A DNA stretch of 64,000 nucleotides from a virus, in IMG/VR virus record IMGVR_UViG_3300016669_000002. One strand, 5' to 3'. The translations under genes and the position numbers were made by a program. Of the stretch, positions 46,068 through 58,107 are shown in pieces (positions within the stretch are counted from its first letter, which is position 1; each line of letters begins with the position of its first letter). The notes beneath the pieces are model-generated. The model searched no databases, was not told the DNA's origin, and saw only the letters and a list, made by a program, of their open reading frames with translations.

Positions 46068-46562
46068 ATGAATGCAGATAACGTAATTATTTTAAATGGA
46101 CGGCTTACACGGGATCCAGAAATCACAACAATGAATGATGGTAAATCCATCGCAAAATTTACTTTGGCAGTAAACCGAAGTTTCAAAGATGCGAATGGCG
46201 AACGACAAGCAGATTTTCATAACTGTGTGATATTTGGCAATCGTGCTGAAGCTATTGGGAAATATTTCAAAAAAGGCAGTGCTATTGGTGTTATGGGTGA
46301 GTTACGAGATAACAACTATGAAAAAGATGGCATCACTCACTACAACAAGCAGGTGATTGTAGACCAATTTAGTTTTAGAAGTAGTGGAGATGGTCAGAGC
46401 GGTCAAAATTCAGGGCAAAATAACGTTCAAAATACTAACCAGTATAATTACGCTCAACCTATCCCAAACACCGCACAAGCGAATTTTGGCGCAAATAACA
46501 CTAGTGCATTTGATAGTGCTGGGAATGATATCAATATTTCTGATAACGATTTGCCGTTTTAG
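46068..46562 (+). CDS. ssb: SSB (copy 2)
   Basis: Same translation as 9970-10464. Confidence 0.96.
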   Translation: MNADNVIILNGRLTRDPEITTMNDGKSIAKFTLAVNRSFKDANGERQADFHNCVIFGNRAEAIGKYFKKGSAIGVMGELRDNNYEKDGITHYNKQVIVDQFSFRSSGDGQSGQNSGQNNVQNTNQYNYAQPIPNTAQANFGANNTSAFDSAGNDINISDNDLPF

Positions 46563-46572
46563 GAGGACATAA

Positions 46573-46950
46573 ATGATTGATGTAAATGGCGTTGAATTTA
46601 ATCCAGTAGTAAAAATTACCGAGCTGAAGTACACAGTGATCTATGAAGATGAGTACGGTGATAGATACGTAGTAAAAGGTAATGGTGGTATTAGCGAAAA
46701 ATTGGAAGCTAAGCGCCTTGAATTGGGTATGAGTCAAAAAGCTTTTGCAAGCCATATTGGAATATCACAAGCACTCTACCAAAATTGGAAGTCAGGACGA
46801 GACATTACAAAGAAAAAGCGACACTATCAAGCGATTATGCGAGCGTTCGATTGTTCCTATGACGAGGCTAGAATGTTGTTAGGCGTTGAAACCGAGAAAG
46901 TGAAAATTGTACTAGGTGGCAAAAAGAAACGGATATTAGAGGAGGAATAG
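46573..46950 (+). CDS. XRE HTH protein (copy 2)
   Basis: Same translation as 10475-10852. Confidence 0.7.
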   Translation: MIDVNGVEFNPVVKITELKYTVIYEDEYGDRYVVKGNGGISEKLEAKRLELGMSQKAFASHIGISQALYQNWKSGRDITKKKRHYQAIMRAFDCSYDEARMLLGVETEKVKIVLGGKKKRILEEE

Positions 46951-46953
46951 ATC

Positions 46954-47181
46954 ATGAGAACTGTGGTTTACAGCAAAAACAATTGCGTTCAATGTGCATA
47001 CACTAAAAAGTTATTGACCGAGTATGGAATCAAATTTGAGGAACGAAATATTGATGAAAATGAAGAGTTTTATGCACAAGCGAAGTCACTAGGTTACCAA
47101 CAAGCACCGGTTGTAGTTGCCGGTGTGGAATCTTGGAGTGGTTTCCAACCAGACAAATTGGCTAAGTTAGTGAGTGATTAA
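46954..47181 (+). CDS. nrdH: NrdH-like glutaredoxin (copy 2)
   Basis: Same translation as 10856-11083. Confidence 0.92.
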   Translation: MRTVVYSKNNCVQCAYTKKLLTEYGIKFEERNIDENEEFYAQAKSLGYQQAPVVVAGVESWSGFQPDKLAKLVSD

Positions 47182-47539
47182 TATGGGCTTAATAACACAA
47201 ATACTAGTATGCATTGGTGCTTTTGCCGTAATTGTTGTGGTAGGTACTTTTGTAGGGTTACTACTTGCTACGGTAGAAGACATTATCACAGAACGTGAGC
47301 AGGAAAGGGAAAGGTCAAAATGGCGTACAAAAAAGTAACGGTAATTCAAGGGAAAACAGGCTGCTTAGAAATCGACGGGGAAAGTGCCTATGAGCAAGTA
47401 GATAGACAGGTTAAATCTAATAAGCAAGATATCTATGTAAACGAGGATATTGGCAGTATGGTGACTGAGAGAATCATTAGGGCAAGTGATATTGAAGCGT
47501 ACTATGTTAAGGATGTAATAAACTAGAAGGAGTGTTGGC

Positions 47540-47968
47540 ATGCTATTTCCAGAAGTTAATGAAAAAGCTACAAAAGAAAGAGTGGATAGTTTACTAAAGA
47601 ACTATCATAAAATTAGACGTCTGTCAGGCATGCCAATTGAGCAGAAGGTCACAGCAACATATAGCCTAGATCCGAAGAGCTTTACGGGTATGAATTCAAG
47701 CGCAATTGAGAATGGGACTATTAAGAAATTAGATGCAGTTAGCTTATATCGAGATATCAATGCTGCAATTAATACCTTGGATGCTTACTCTAGAAAACGC
47801 ATATACGATAAGTACATCAATTCGACAAGGTTTTATGATTATGAGGTTTATAGTGCTGAAAACATCAGCGAAGCAACCTATTACCGTGAAGTTAGCAAAG
47901 CTATGATAGAATTCGCAGAAGCTTTTCAAAGTGGTAGTTTGCTAGTTTTGAAAATGAGTGATTATTGA
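47540..47968 (+). CDS. ArpU activator (copy 2)
   Basis: Same translation as 11442-11870. Confidence 0.9.
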   Translation: MLFPEVNEKATKERVDSLLKNYHKIRRLSGMPIEQKVTATYSLDPKSFTGMNSSAIENGTIKKLDAVSLYRDINAAINTLDAYSRKRIYDKYINSTRFYDYEVYSAENISEATYYREVSKAMIEFAEAFQSGSLLVLKMSDY

Positions 47969-48557
47969 AAGATGTGTGATTGAGAAACATAGTATTATGT
48001 TAATTGAGATAAGTCGGTAAACTTGTCTCGCCTCCTTTTTGGATTACCATTTCGTGAGATAAACGAGTAAAGTCCTTGAGCCACGGAAATGGTGCAAGGC
48101 AAAAGTTGGGTACCTCCCGACTATATATAACAGTAGCTATGATTGGTATCGCAAAGACAGCACGCTTTGTAAGGGTTCGATTCCCTTGTTAGTTATAGCA
48201 AGGCGCAGGCAGCTCAAATAAATAATACATTTAATCGTCGACTGACTAACCTTGCTTATTGAAAACTGCACAATGCTGATAGAGTAATTGCATTTGGTAG
48301 CTACTTATGCGATTGTCCTAAAACCGAGTGGGAGTTAGACACCTAACGTCGGCGCAATTGGACTCGATAGCTTTGGGGTTGTGTAGTTTTGAGTAATTAA
48401 AATAACATCAACAGCTACCCAGTCTTTAAATAGACACACTTACGAGTGATGGGTGGCTTTTTTAGCATTTTTCTCCCTTAACCATGCTATATTAATGAGT
48501 GAGAGGAGGAAAATTTCTTGTAAGAGATTGTAGCTATATGAATTAGGAGGTATTTAA

Positions 48558-49112
48558 ATGAAGTTAACACAATATCAACGTCAAGTTTTATCGAACCAAC
48601 ATCAGATTCTATCTATGTTACAAACAGATGAGCATATGTCAGATTATCATGAACAAATGCAAGAAATTTATAATGATGGATTTGAATATATGTATTTTGA
48701 GCACGGCGCTTATAATGATAATGAAGTTTTAGAAGAGGCAGAATGTCGTGATGTGTTTAGAATCATAAATATGTATGATGATTTAACATATTATTGGAAT
48801 AATTCAGATGACTTAAAAGAAAATATTTCTGAATATGCAGTGATATTCCCTGGATTTGATTTAAATGACAGCATCGAAAGCAAATACTACTCGTTTGCGA
48901 AATTTTTAATTTTGAAACAAAATAGATTTCATGATACTGGAAAAATGATCCGTGAAGATATTAATAAACTAAATAGTCATGGTAGTGGTCCTGGGATTTC
49001 GGGTTACCTGGATATCCTCAATAGATATGAGGAAGTAATGGCTAATAGAAGTAATACAGGCGTTAGGAATGGAATGACATTAGAAGAGATGAAGAAAATC
49101 TTAAATAGATAG
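48558..49112 (+). CDS. YfbU-family protein (copy 2)
   Basis: Same translation as 12460-13014. Confidence 0.8.
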   Translation: MKLTQYQRQVLSNQHQILSMLQTDEHMSDYHEQMQEIYNDGFEYMYFEHGAYNDNEVLEEAECRDVFRIINMYDDLTYYWNNSDDLKENISEYAVIFPGFDLNDSIESKYYSFAKFLILKQNRFHDTGKMIREDINKLNSHGSGPGISGYLDILNRYEEVMANRSNTGVRNGMTLEEMKKILNR

Positions 49113-49133
49113 TTTTATTTGAAAGGAGTTGAG

Positions 49134-49568
49134 ATGATGAGCAAGAAAGAAGCAACAGCGCAACAAAAGCTGTTTATTGATGAGTATTTGAAGTTAAGAA
49201 AATCTAATCAAAAGAAGGCAGCTTTGAATGCTGGATATAGTCCAAAGAGTGCTGAAGCTCAGGCATCTCAACTTCTTAAGAATCCTAGGGTTAGAGCGTA
49301 TTTAGACGAACGAGAAAGTCAATTGGAAAAAGAATTGCGCAAAGAATTCATGTTCGATGCTTTAGAAGCAAGAAAGGTCATGTATAACATCATGAACGAT
49401 GAAGAAGCACCGGACAACGTTCGAGTGAGTGCTGCTAAAGATTTCCTTGACCGAGCTGGATTTAAACCAATTGAAAAGCAAGAGATTTCTGGTGAATTAA
49501 AGACTACAAATGCTTTTGCCGAATTAACTACAGAAGAACTGAAGAAGCTAGCTGATGGCTATGAATAA
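49134..49568 (+). CDS. terS: Terminase small subunit (copy 2)
   Basis: Same as 13036-13470. Confidence 0.93.
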   Translation: MMSKKEATAQQKLFIDEYLKLRKSNQKKAALNAGYSPKSAEAQASQLLKNPRVRAYLDERESQLEKELRKEFMFDALEARKVMYNIMNDEEAPDNVRVSAAKDFLDRAGFKPIEKQEISGELKTTNAFAELTTEELKKLADGYE

Positions 49569-50949
49569 AACAGCATATATTAAACAACAATCACGTTTGG
49601 AATTGGCCAGACGTGATTTTTTTAGATTCTGTAATCTTGTTACGCCAAAGTTTTATAAGCCTAATCGTCAGTATTTAATTGATTTGTGTAACGACATGCA
49701 AGAATTTATGCATGATGAGAACGATATTCTCGTTTTAAATATGCCACCAAGGCACGGAAAATCTTTCACAGCTACTAAATTCACACAATGGCAATTAGGA
49801 ATAGATCCTAGCAAGAAGATTATGACAGGGTCATACAATGAACGGCTGTCCACTACCTTTTCAAAAGCAGTTAGAAATGGCATTCAAGAGATTAAAGGGG
49901 ATGACGATATTTTAATCTATAACGACATTTTCCCCGATACTAAAATCAAATATGGTGATGCCAATATGAATCTATGGTCATTGGATGGTAGCCAGACGAA
50001 CAACTACTTAGCAACTTCTCCCGGTGGTACCGCCACTGGTTTTGGTGCTGACTTGATTATAATTGATGACTTAATTAAGAACTCAGAAGAAGCGAACAAT
50101 GCTATGGTGCTTCAGAAACATCATGAATGGTTTACGGACACAATGCTATCAAGGCTTGAATCAAACGGAAAAATCATCATTATTATGACGAGGTGGTCAT
50201 CTAATGACTTAGCTGGTTATGTGCTTACAGAACTACCCAAGAATGGTTACAAGGTCAAGCACATCAATTTAAAGGCTAAACAGGACGATGGCACAATGCT
50301 ATGTGAAGATGTTTTAAGTTTAAGAGAGTTTACTCGTAAGTTTAAGACGATGTCACCGGACATAGCCAACGCAAACTATCAACAAGAACCAATCGACTTG
50401 AAAGGTGCTTTATATTCTGGCTTTAAAACATATCGTGAAAGACCAGAATTTAAAGAGATTGCAGCATATATTGATACGGCTGACACTGGAAGTGATAATC
50501 TAGCAGGCTTTATCTACGGCGTTACATTCGATGATGATGCTTATATCCTAGATACGATATACACCAAGGAACCGATGGAAGTCACAGAACCTTTAACAGC
50601 TCGTAAGCTGGCCGAAAATTCGGTCAATGTGGCTCATATCGAATCAAACAATGGTGGACGTGGATTTGCAAGAGCTGTGGAAAGGCAATTGTCTAATAAT
50701 CGCACTGTTATTTCGAAATTTACACAATCTAAGAATAAGCAAGCGAGAATTTTATCAAATGCTACTTGGGCCATGGAACATGTTTATTTCCCAGAGAATT
50801 GGCACAACAAATGGCCAGATCTGTATAAAGACTTGATGACTTATCAGCGTGAAGGTAAGAACGCTCATGATGATGCGCCAGATGCACTAACTGGTATTGG
50901 TGAAAAGATGGGTACAGGAATCGTAATCAAAACATATAAAGGTTTTTAA
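49555..50949 (+). CDS. terL: Terminase large subunit (copy 2)
   Basis: Same translation as 13457-14851. Confidence 0.96.
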   Translation: MAMNKTAYIKQQSRLELARRDFFRFCNLVTPKFYKPNRQYLIDLCNDMQEFMHDENDILVLNMPPRHGKSFTATKFTQWQLGIDPSKKIMTGSYNERLSTTFSKAVRNGIQEIKGDDDILIYNDIFPDTKIKYGDANMNLWSLDGSQTNNYLATSPGGTATGFGADLIIIDDLIKNSEEANNAMVLQKHHEWFTDTMLSRLESNGKIIIIMTRWSSNDLAGYVLTELPKNGYKVKHINLKAKQDDGTMLCEDVLSLREFTRKFKTMSPDIANANYQQEPIDLKGALYSGFKTYRERPEFKEIAAYIDTADTGSDNLAGFIYGVTFDDDAYILDTIYTKEPMEVTEPLTARKLAENSVNVAHIESNNGGRGFARAVERQLSNNRTVISKFTQSKNKQARILSNATWAMEHVYFPENWHNKWPDLYKDLMTYQREGKNAHDDAPDALTGIGEKMGTGIVIKTYKGF

Positions 50950-50954
50950 GGGGG

Positions 50955-52301
50955 TTGAAAATGGTATTTGTATATTCAAGAGAAAAGGAAATCACACCAG
51001 AAGTGGTTAATGATTTTATCAAGGAACACCAAGCAGTTGTTCCGCGATATGAGGAGCTGGCAAAACTTTACAAGAGCCAAGCGCCTATTCTAGAACAAGA
51101 AGATAAAGACGAATATAAGCCAGATAACCGTATTGTGGTTAACTTTGCAAAGTACGCTGTTGATACGTTCAACGGCTTTTTTATTGGTATTCCTATCAAG
51201 ATTCAGCACGAAGATGAAGAAGTAACACAAATGGTAAATGACTTTATCAATCGACAGAACCTAGACGATGTGATTGCTGAAGCATCTAAAATGTCTAGTA
51301 TTTATGGCAACGCTTTTGTATATGCTTTCCAAAATGAAGAATCAGAAACGTGTGTGGTGCATAATAGCCCATTAGATATGTTTGTAGTTTATGACGACAC
51401 GATAAGCAGAACACCATTATTTGCGGTTAGGTACTACTTGGACGAAGAAGAAACGATTGTCGGACAGTTATTCACAGAAACATATCAACTACAATTTAGA
51501 GCTGATGGCGAAAGTCTTGTATTTGAAAATGAAGAAGCGCATTACTTTGGCATTGTTCCTGTTATTGAATTTATCGAAAACGAAGAACGCCAAAGTTTAA
51601 TAGAGCCAATTGAAACGCTTATAAATGCTTATGACAAGGCAATTTCAGAAAAAGCGAATGATGTAGACTACTTTGCTGATGCGTATCTATCAATCCTAGG
51701 CGCTGATATTGGCGATGGCATGAATAGCATACGAGATAATCGGATCATCAACCTGTTTTCAACCAATGGCGAAATTGATGCACAGAAAATTAAGATTGAA
51801 TTTCTAGACAAACCCGATGGCGACACTTCACAGGAAAACCTATTGAATCGTATTGAGCGATTGATTTATCAAACTTCAATGGTGGCCAACATTAATGACG
51901 AGAGTTTTGGTAATGCAAGTGGTGTGGCTTTGAAGATGAAATTACAGCCGATGACGAACTTAGCAATCATGAAAGAACGTAAATTTACAAAAGGTTTAAG
52001 CCAGTTATTTAAGCTTTTCTTTACTTTGCCTACCAATGTACCAAGTGGTAAGAAAGATGAGTGGAGTGGGTTAAAATATACGTTTACACGCAATATTCCA
52101 GAGAACATGGCCGATGAAGCATCAACTGCTGTCAAGTTACAAGGAATTGTGTCAAAAGAAACGCAACTTTCTACTCTTTCATTTGTGGATAATGCAGCAG
52201 AAGAAATCAAGCGAATGGAAGCTGAAGCAGAACAGGAATCATCAGACGGGTATAATACTGATGAAAACGGTGATTTTATTGTTGATGAAAGTGGTGAATA
52301 A
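50955..52301 (+). CDS. Portal (copy 2)
   Basis: Same translation as 14857-16203. Confidence 0.94.
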   Translation: MKMVFVYSREKEITPEVVNDFIKEHQAVVPRYEELAKLYKSQAPILEQEDKDEYKPDNRIVVNFAKYAVDTFNGFFIGIPIKIQHEDEEVTQMVNDFINRQNLDDVIAEASKMSSIYGNAFVYAFQNEESETCVVHNSPLDMFVVYDDTISRTPLFAVRYYLDEEETIVGQLFTETYQLQFRADGESLVFENEEAHYFGIVPVIEFIENEERQSLIEPIETLINAYDKAISEKANDVDYFADAYLSILGADIGDGMNSIRDNRIINLFSTNGEIDAQKIKIEFLDKPDGDTSQENLLNRIERLIYQTSMVANINDESFGNASGVALKMKLQPMTNLAIMKERKFTKGLSQLFKLFFTLPTNVPSGKKDEWSGLKYTFTRNIPENMADEASTAVKLQGIVSKETQLSTLSFVDNAAEEIKRMEAEAEQESSDGYNTDENGDFIVDESGE

Positions 52302-52303
52302 CC

Positions 52304-53200
52304 ATGAACAGCAAGGAGTATTGGGAACGGCGACAAATTAACCTTTTTGCTAAACAAGACAAGAACGATGATAAGTTTGTGGCTAAAATGACCAAAGAGT
52401 ATGATCGTGTGGCTAGGAACCTAGAAAAGGAAATCGCACAATATTATGCTAGATTTTCAAAGGATGATGTCATTGAATATCGTCAAATGGTTCAGCAATT
52501 GTCTGAAGCAGAAAGAACATTGTTATATCAAAATTATGATGCGTTTATGAATAAGCACCCAGATTTACGCCATTTAATGCCTGTAAGACAGTCCATTTAT
52601 AATCTGAATAGGTTAGAGGGCTTACAACTTTCAACACAACAGCAACTGCTTGAATTGGGCATAATTGAACAGTCAGAATTTAATAAAACACTCACAAAGG
52701 CTTATGAGAATGGTTATCTGTCCAGTATGAAAGGATTAGACAATGCTCAAGCCTTTTTTCGTGTAGATCCACTTGTGATGCAGGCAACGCTTGATAGCAA
52801 ATGGCTAGATGGAAACAACTATTCAGACCGTATTTGGGATAACAAAACAAAACTAATTAACTCGCTGAACAACGAAATACGTGATGGTTTAATCCGAGGC
52901 GATAGCTACAATAGCATGATTAAAGCTTTGCGACACAGAACAGACGTTGGTTTAAGCGATTCAACTAGGTTAGTCCGAACGGAATCGGCTTATATCTTGA
53001 ATGAAGCGAATGCGAAAGCCTTTCAAGAAGCAGGTATCTTAGAATACGAAATAACTGCTGTTATGGATGCTAGGACAAGTCCAACGTGTAGAAGCTTAGA
53101 TGGTGAACGTTTTAGCTTTAAAGAGCGTGTTGTGGGTGCCACAGCGCCACCTTTTCATCCATGGTGCAGGTCTACAACTATTCCAGTTGAAAATAATTAG
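52304..53200 (+). CDS. Minor capsid protein (copy 2)
   Basis: Same translation as 16206-17102. Confidence 0.92.
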   Translation: MNSKEYWERRQINLFAKQDKNDDKFVAKMTKEYDRVARNLEKEIAQYYARFSKDDVIEYRQMVQQLSEAERTLLYQNYDAFMNKHPDLRHLMPVRQSIYNLNRLEGLQLSTQQQLLELGIIEQSEFNKTLTKAYENGYLSSMKGLDNAQAFFRVDPLVMQATLDSKWLDGNNYSDRIWDNKTKLINSLNNEIRDGLIRGDSYNSMIKALRHRTDVGLSDSTRLVRTESAYILNEANAKAFQEAGILEYEITAVMDARTSPTCRSLDGERFSFKERVVGATAPPFHPWCRSTTIPVENN

Positions 53201-53650
53201 GAGCGTGATCCTTATGCTGAAAGATGCAGGTATCTAAAAAGGAGAATTACCATGCAAGTAACATGCGACAATTGCCATAAAGAATACGAAGTGGTCATGC
53301 GAATGGACAGAATCAGCGACATTGAAAAGAATTACTTTAAATGTCCACACTGTCAAATTGAATACATTACCGCTTGTATTGACCCGAGTATCCGTAAAAA
53401 GCAATTGAAGGTTAAAAAGCTATATCAACAATTAAGATTGCTAAAAGATGAACAGAAAATCATCATGAAAGTTAATCAGATTAATGATCTAGAATCTGAA
53501 ATTAAGGCTGATATGGCGGAATTGAAAGAAAAATTTAACCATTAGTAAACGCTGGTGGTTTTTATTTTGCCCAAGCATTGAAGGCATTAAAAGCTATGGA
53601 TACGTGCAAGCATTTATTCACGATAAAAGATATGGAAGGAGTTAAATAAA

Positions 53651-54250
53651 ATGAAATTCAACTTACAGTATTTTGCTGACGACAATGAGCCAATCGAAAA
53701 CGGCGGTGACCCAGTAGATGAAACAACCAAAGATGCAGAAACGCCTGATGAAAAAGAAACTCCGGAGCTTAAATATTCAGACGAAGATGTGGATAAGATT
53801 GTTCAGAAAAAGCTGGCAAAAGCCAAAAAGGATAAAGAAGCCGCAGTCGAAGAAGCCACCAAGTTAGCAAAAATGAACGAGGACCAAAAAGCGGAATATG
53901 ACCGTGAACAGTTAGAAAAAGAATTAGCTGAATTACGCCGGAAAGATGCTTTTTATAACTTGTCAAAAGAAGCCTCAAAAATGCTAGCAGAGCATGATAT
54001 TACGGCTGATGATGAATTGCTTCAAGTAGTCGTCAAAGGCGACGCAGAAGGCACTAAACAAGCCGTAGAAAGCTTTGTCAATCTATTCAATGCCAAAGTT
54101 AAGGAAGGCGTTAAACAAGCACTAGCAGGCAATTCGCCTAAATATCCAAATACTGGCAAACAACTTACAAAGCAACAGATTTTGAACGAAAAAGATGCAA
54201 CTAAACGGGTGAAATTAATTCAACAAAACCCACAACTTTTTAAACAATAA
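53651..54250 (+). CDS. Scaffold (copy 2)
   Basis: Same translation as 17553-18152. Confidence 0.9.
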   Translation: MKFNLQYFADDNEPIENGGDPVDETTKDAETPDEKETPELKYSDEDVDKIVQKKLAKAKKDKEAAVEEATKLAKMNEDQKAEYDREQLEKELAELRRKDAFYNLSKEASKMLAEHDITADDELLQVVVKGDAEGTKQAVESFVNLFNAKVKEGVKQALAGNSPKYPNTGKQLTKQQILNEKDATKRVKLIQQNPQLFKQ

Positions 54251-54263
54251 GGAGAGATAAATT

Positions 54264-55124
54264 ATGGCAGTAGAACCAAACTTAACAACAGAATTAGGAA
54301 CAGCATTATCAATTGATTTCGTGGAGCAATTCGGGCAACGTTTCCGTACGTTACAAGAATTATTAGGTGTACAACGTACATTACCAATGGCAGCAGGAAC
54401 ATTAATCAAAACTTACACTTCATCTGTGACATTAGATGGTACACAAGTAGCACCGGGCGATATTATTCCATTATCTCAAGTTACTTTAGAAGATGGACCA
54501 TCTCATGAGTTGGAATGGGATAAAAAACGTAAAGCCGTAACTATGGAAGATATCCAAAAATATGGTTTTGATCGTGCGGTTACATTAACTGACAACAAAT
54601 TAATCAATGAAATCCAAAAAGGTGTACGTACTAAATTGTTAACTCAATTATCTACTGGGACAGCAACTGCTACTGGTACAGGTTTACAACAAGTTATGGC
54701 TAAAAACTGGGCAACAGTTACAGCTAAATTTGATGAAGATGATGTTCAAGTGGTGTCTTTCATTAACCCATATGATGCCGGTGATTACTTAGGGAACGCA
54801 GACATCTCTACTCAATCAGCATTCGGTATGACATACATTGAGGATTTCTTAAACAACCGTGTTGTATTCATGTCCGCACAAATTCCAGAAGGTACTGTTT
54901 ACTCAACTGCTGACGGAAACTTAGTTGCAGCATACGCATTGATGTCTGGTGGTCAAATTAACCAAGCGTTTGATTTCACAACTGACTCAACTGGTTTAAT
55001 TGGTGTAACTCATGACATTAACAAACAACGCTTACAAGCGGAAACAGTAACTGCTTACGGTATTGAGTTATTTGCTGAACGCTTAGATGGTATTGTAGTC
55101 GGAACAATCGCACCAGCAGTTTAA
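54264..55124 (+). CDS. Major capsid protein (copy 2)
   Basis: Same translation as 18166-19026. Confidence 0.9.
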   Translation: MAVEPNLTTELGTALSIDFVEQFGQRFRTLQELLGVQRTLPMAAGTLIKTYTSSVTLDGTQVAPGDIIPLSQVTLEDGPSHELEWDKKRKAVTMEDIQKYGFDRAVTLTDNKLINEIQKGVRTKLLTQLSTGTATATGTGLQQVMAKNWATVTAKFDEDDVQVVSFINPYDAGDYLGNADISTQSAFGMTYIEDFLNNRVVFMSAQIPEGTVYSTADGNLVAAYALMSGGQINQAFDFTTDSTGLIGVTHDINKQRLQAETVTAYGIELFAERLDGIVVGTIAPAV

Positions 55125-55136
55125 GGGGGTTAATCT

Positions 55137-56868
55137 ATGAACAAGGTTATTAAAGCATTTGTGGACAAACAAGACGGTGAAAGACTTTATGAACCGGGGG
55201 TAGGTAAGACCTATCCTCGTGAAGGTTATGAGCCAACTGCTGACCGCATTATTTTTTTGCGTGACAACGGATATATTGAAGCTTTAGAAGTTGAAGAAAC
55301 TGAGGCAGAAAACCTTGGCGCATTAACCAAGGCTGACTTATTAAAGTTGGCGAATGAAAAAGGTATCGAAGCAACTGATAAAAACACTAAAAAGGAAATT
55401 ATTGAAGCTTTAGAAGCAGAAAAGTAGGTGATTAAATGGCACTTACGTTTGTAAAAGATCGCGTGATTATTCGAAAGCCAGAGCTTGAAGAAAGTCCGGT
55501 ATTAAATGAACTTGTCAAAACAGCATCTGACCGAATCAATATTCGTGTAGGCGAAACTGAATTGCCAGTTGAGCTTGAAACGGTTGCTGTTGAAGTCGTG
55601 TGCGCTTTGCATAATCGCATGTATTACGAGGGTATCAAATCTGAAAATGCTGATACATTTAGCGTGTCATTTGTAGACGATGTTTTACGTGAATATGAAA
55701 CAGACCTACAAAGATACCGTGAAAAGAAAGCGAAAGATGATATTGAATATCGTGGAGGAGTGGTGAATTTCTTATGAGATTTAAACCACTCTTTTTATAT
55801 TCAAATCAACTAATTGGCGAAGATGAATTATTTAACCCAATTTATGATTTAGCCGAATTTAAAGAAACCACAGGACGGTTTACTACATGGACAGAAAAAG
55901 AAGTCGCTTTAGACGTCAGAAACGTGACTACAACGAGCCGAAAAATACTGACAAGGGAATTACAAGCAAACTTGCTTAAAGCCTCTAGAATCGAATTTGA
56001 AGGCAAATTTCATAACATTAAGGAAATCATAGGCGATGACACAGACCGCTGGCGAATATTAGTCGTTGACCGCTATGGAAGTGATGAACCGTGAACATTG
56101 AATGGCATGGTGTTGAAGCGTTAAGCAAAAAGCTGCTTGAAAAAAGTGAAGCTGATTTTGCAGAAGTTGGCAGAAAGAATATCCGTGATATTTATTCACG
56201 TTCGCAAAAGAATGCTTATAGCGGTGGGAATGTACCCACTGAAGGTGGTACACCGGTAGATACGAATGAATTGCGTATGTCGGCTAAGTATCGTGATGAT
56301 GAAATGGGCTATTCAGCCTCTCATGCACCTCATGTTGAGTACGGTCATGTGACTAGAAGTGGGAATTTCGTTCCCGGTCAATACTACTTGAAGAAAAGTG
56401 TCGATGCACAACGTGAAATTTATAAGCAAGACTTAAAAACCAAGCTAAAGGAGTGATGGCGTGTATCAGAAAATGAGCTTTACAAGCATTATCGCTTCAA
56501 TTATCAAGCAAGTGCGAGTGAACACAGGTCTACCATGCTATGACAGCGTACCGATTAATGTACCAAAGCCATTCTATGTTGCAGAAATGGTGGGTAGTTT
56601 GCCTGAAAAAAGCAAAACAATGATGAAAGACCGCTATCAAGTCGTCATGCATGTATTCGCTGAAGGTGGTTCATCAGTACCGATTTATAATGCCATTCAA
56701 AAACTTGAAGAAGCGTTAACTGTTGATATTGAGTTGCCGGATGATTACGAAGTGACGTTGCAAATTCCGACTGGCGTCAATCAGATTATGGATCAAGCTG
56801 ACGGCAGTAAACATGCTGTTGTTGGCTTTGATTTTGTTGTGTTTAGCGGATATAAGATGAAAATTTAA
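55137..56868 (+). other. Head-tail joining gene block (copy 2; five CDS)
   Basis: Same translations as 19039-20770. Confidence 0.85.
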
Positions 56869-56883
56869 AGGAGAGATAAAAAT

Positions 56884-57357
56884 ATGTCACAAGAATTAGA
56901 AACACAATTAAAAGGACAATTAAATAAAGCAATTGCAGGTAAAGATATTCTGTTATCTGTGTGGGATTCAACTGGATCTAAACTCATTGCGGTTGCAGGT
57001 CAACAAGGTTTAACAATTAACCGTGATAAAGACACCATTGAAGTAACTTCTAAAGACTCACAAGGTTGGAAACAAAACATTGTAGGTTTCAAAGAATGGT
57101 CTATTGATAATGACGGGGTTTATGTCCGTGACCACGAATCTCACAAGCTGATGAAAGAAGCTTTTGACGGTGATGACCCAGTGTTAATCAAAGTGACCAA
57201 TCAAAAGGCTAAAACCGACTTATTTGGCGGTTTAGCATTAGTGACTAGCTATCCTATTGAAGCGCCTTATGACGATGCTGTGACGTACACTGTAACCCTT
57301 ACAGGTACAGGGGCATTAGTCGACTTAGAAGATACACCATCACCAGAACAAGTCTAG
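56884..57357 (+). CDS. Major tail protein (copy 2)
   Basis: Same translation as 20786-21259. Confidence 0.92.
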   Translation: MSQELETQLKGQLNKAIAGKDILLSVWDSTGSKLIAVAGQQGLTINRDKDTIEVTSKDSQGWKQNIVGFKEWSIDNDGVYVRDHESHKLMKEAFDGDDPVLIKVTNQKAKTDLFGGLALVTSYPIEAPYDDAVTYTVTLTGTGALVDLEDTPSPEQV

Positions 57358-57367
57358 GAGGTAGCGA

Positions 57368-58107
57368 ATGTTTACGATTGACGATGAAGTTTACGCTTTA
57401 AAATTTAATAAACGCAAACAAATGATTATTGAAGCTCAAACAGGCAAGTCCTTAATGGCCGAATTTAATCAAACAAGTGGATTAGTATCATTGGGTACAT
57501 TACAAGCCATGTTTGCTGCTGCACTTGTTGAAGAAAATGAAAATAAACCTGTAAAAGGACAAAAAGCGATTGATATCTTTGAAAAAGTTTTAGATAACAA
57601 TGGCTACCAATCCTTAGTGACATCAACTGTTAACAAATTTACGGAAGATATGGGTTTTTTATTCCGTTAGATCTGATTGAATCAGAATTTACAAGGGATA
57701 AAGACCTTACACCAAGGGAAATAAAACTAATAGAACTAGCTAGCGACTTTCAAAGTGAAATGGAGCTAGCTTTTTTTGTTGTTGATTTAGGGATGTCTTT
57801 ATCAGATTACCGGTCATTGACTGAAGCTGAAAAGCTTTTTATCAAAAAACGGAGTGAACAGAAATTCATTCACGATACAACCTGGCATAGAAACGCAACG
57901 TTAAATGCTGAAGCTAATATCAACCGAGGGAAAAATAAGAAGTTTATTGACTTATTTCCTAAAACGAACAAAGCAGATCTTGAATATAACCACAAGGCAA
58001 TTGAAACCGTTCTGGAAATGGATGCAACTCAAGGCAAGTCGTGGGTTGACAAGATTTTCCACGCGAACGGCATGCAATTAACAAATAATAAAGAAAGGAG
58101 CAATTAA
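57368..58107 (+). CDS. Tail assembly chaperone G/GT with -1 frameshift (copy 2)
   Basis: Same as 21270-22009. Confidence 0.8.
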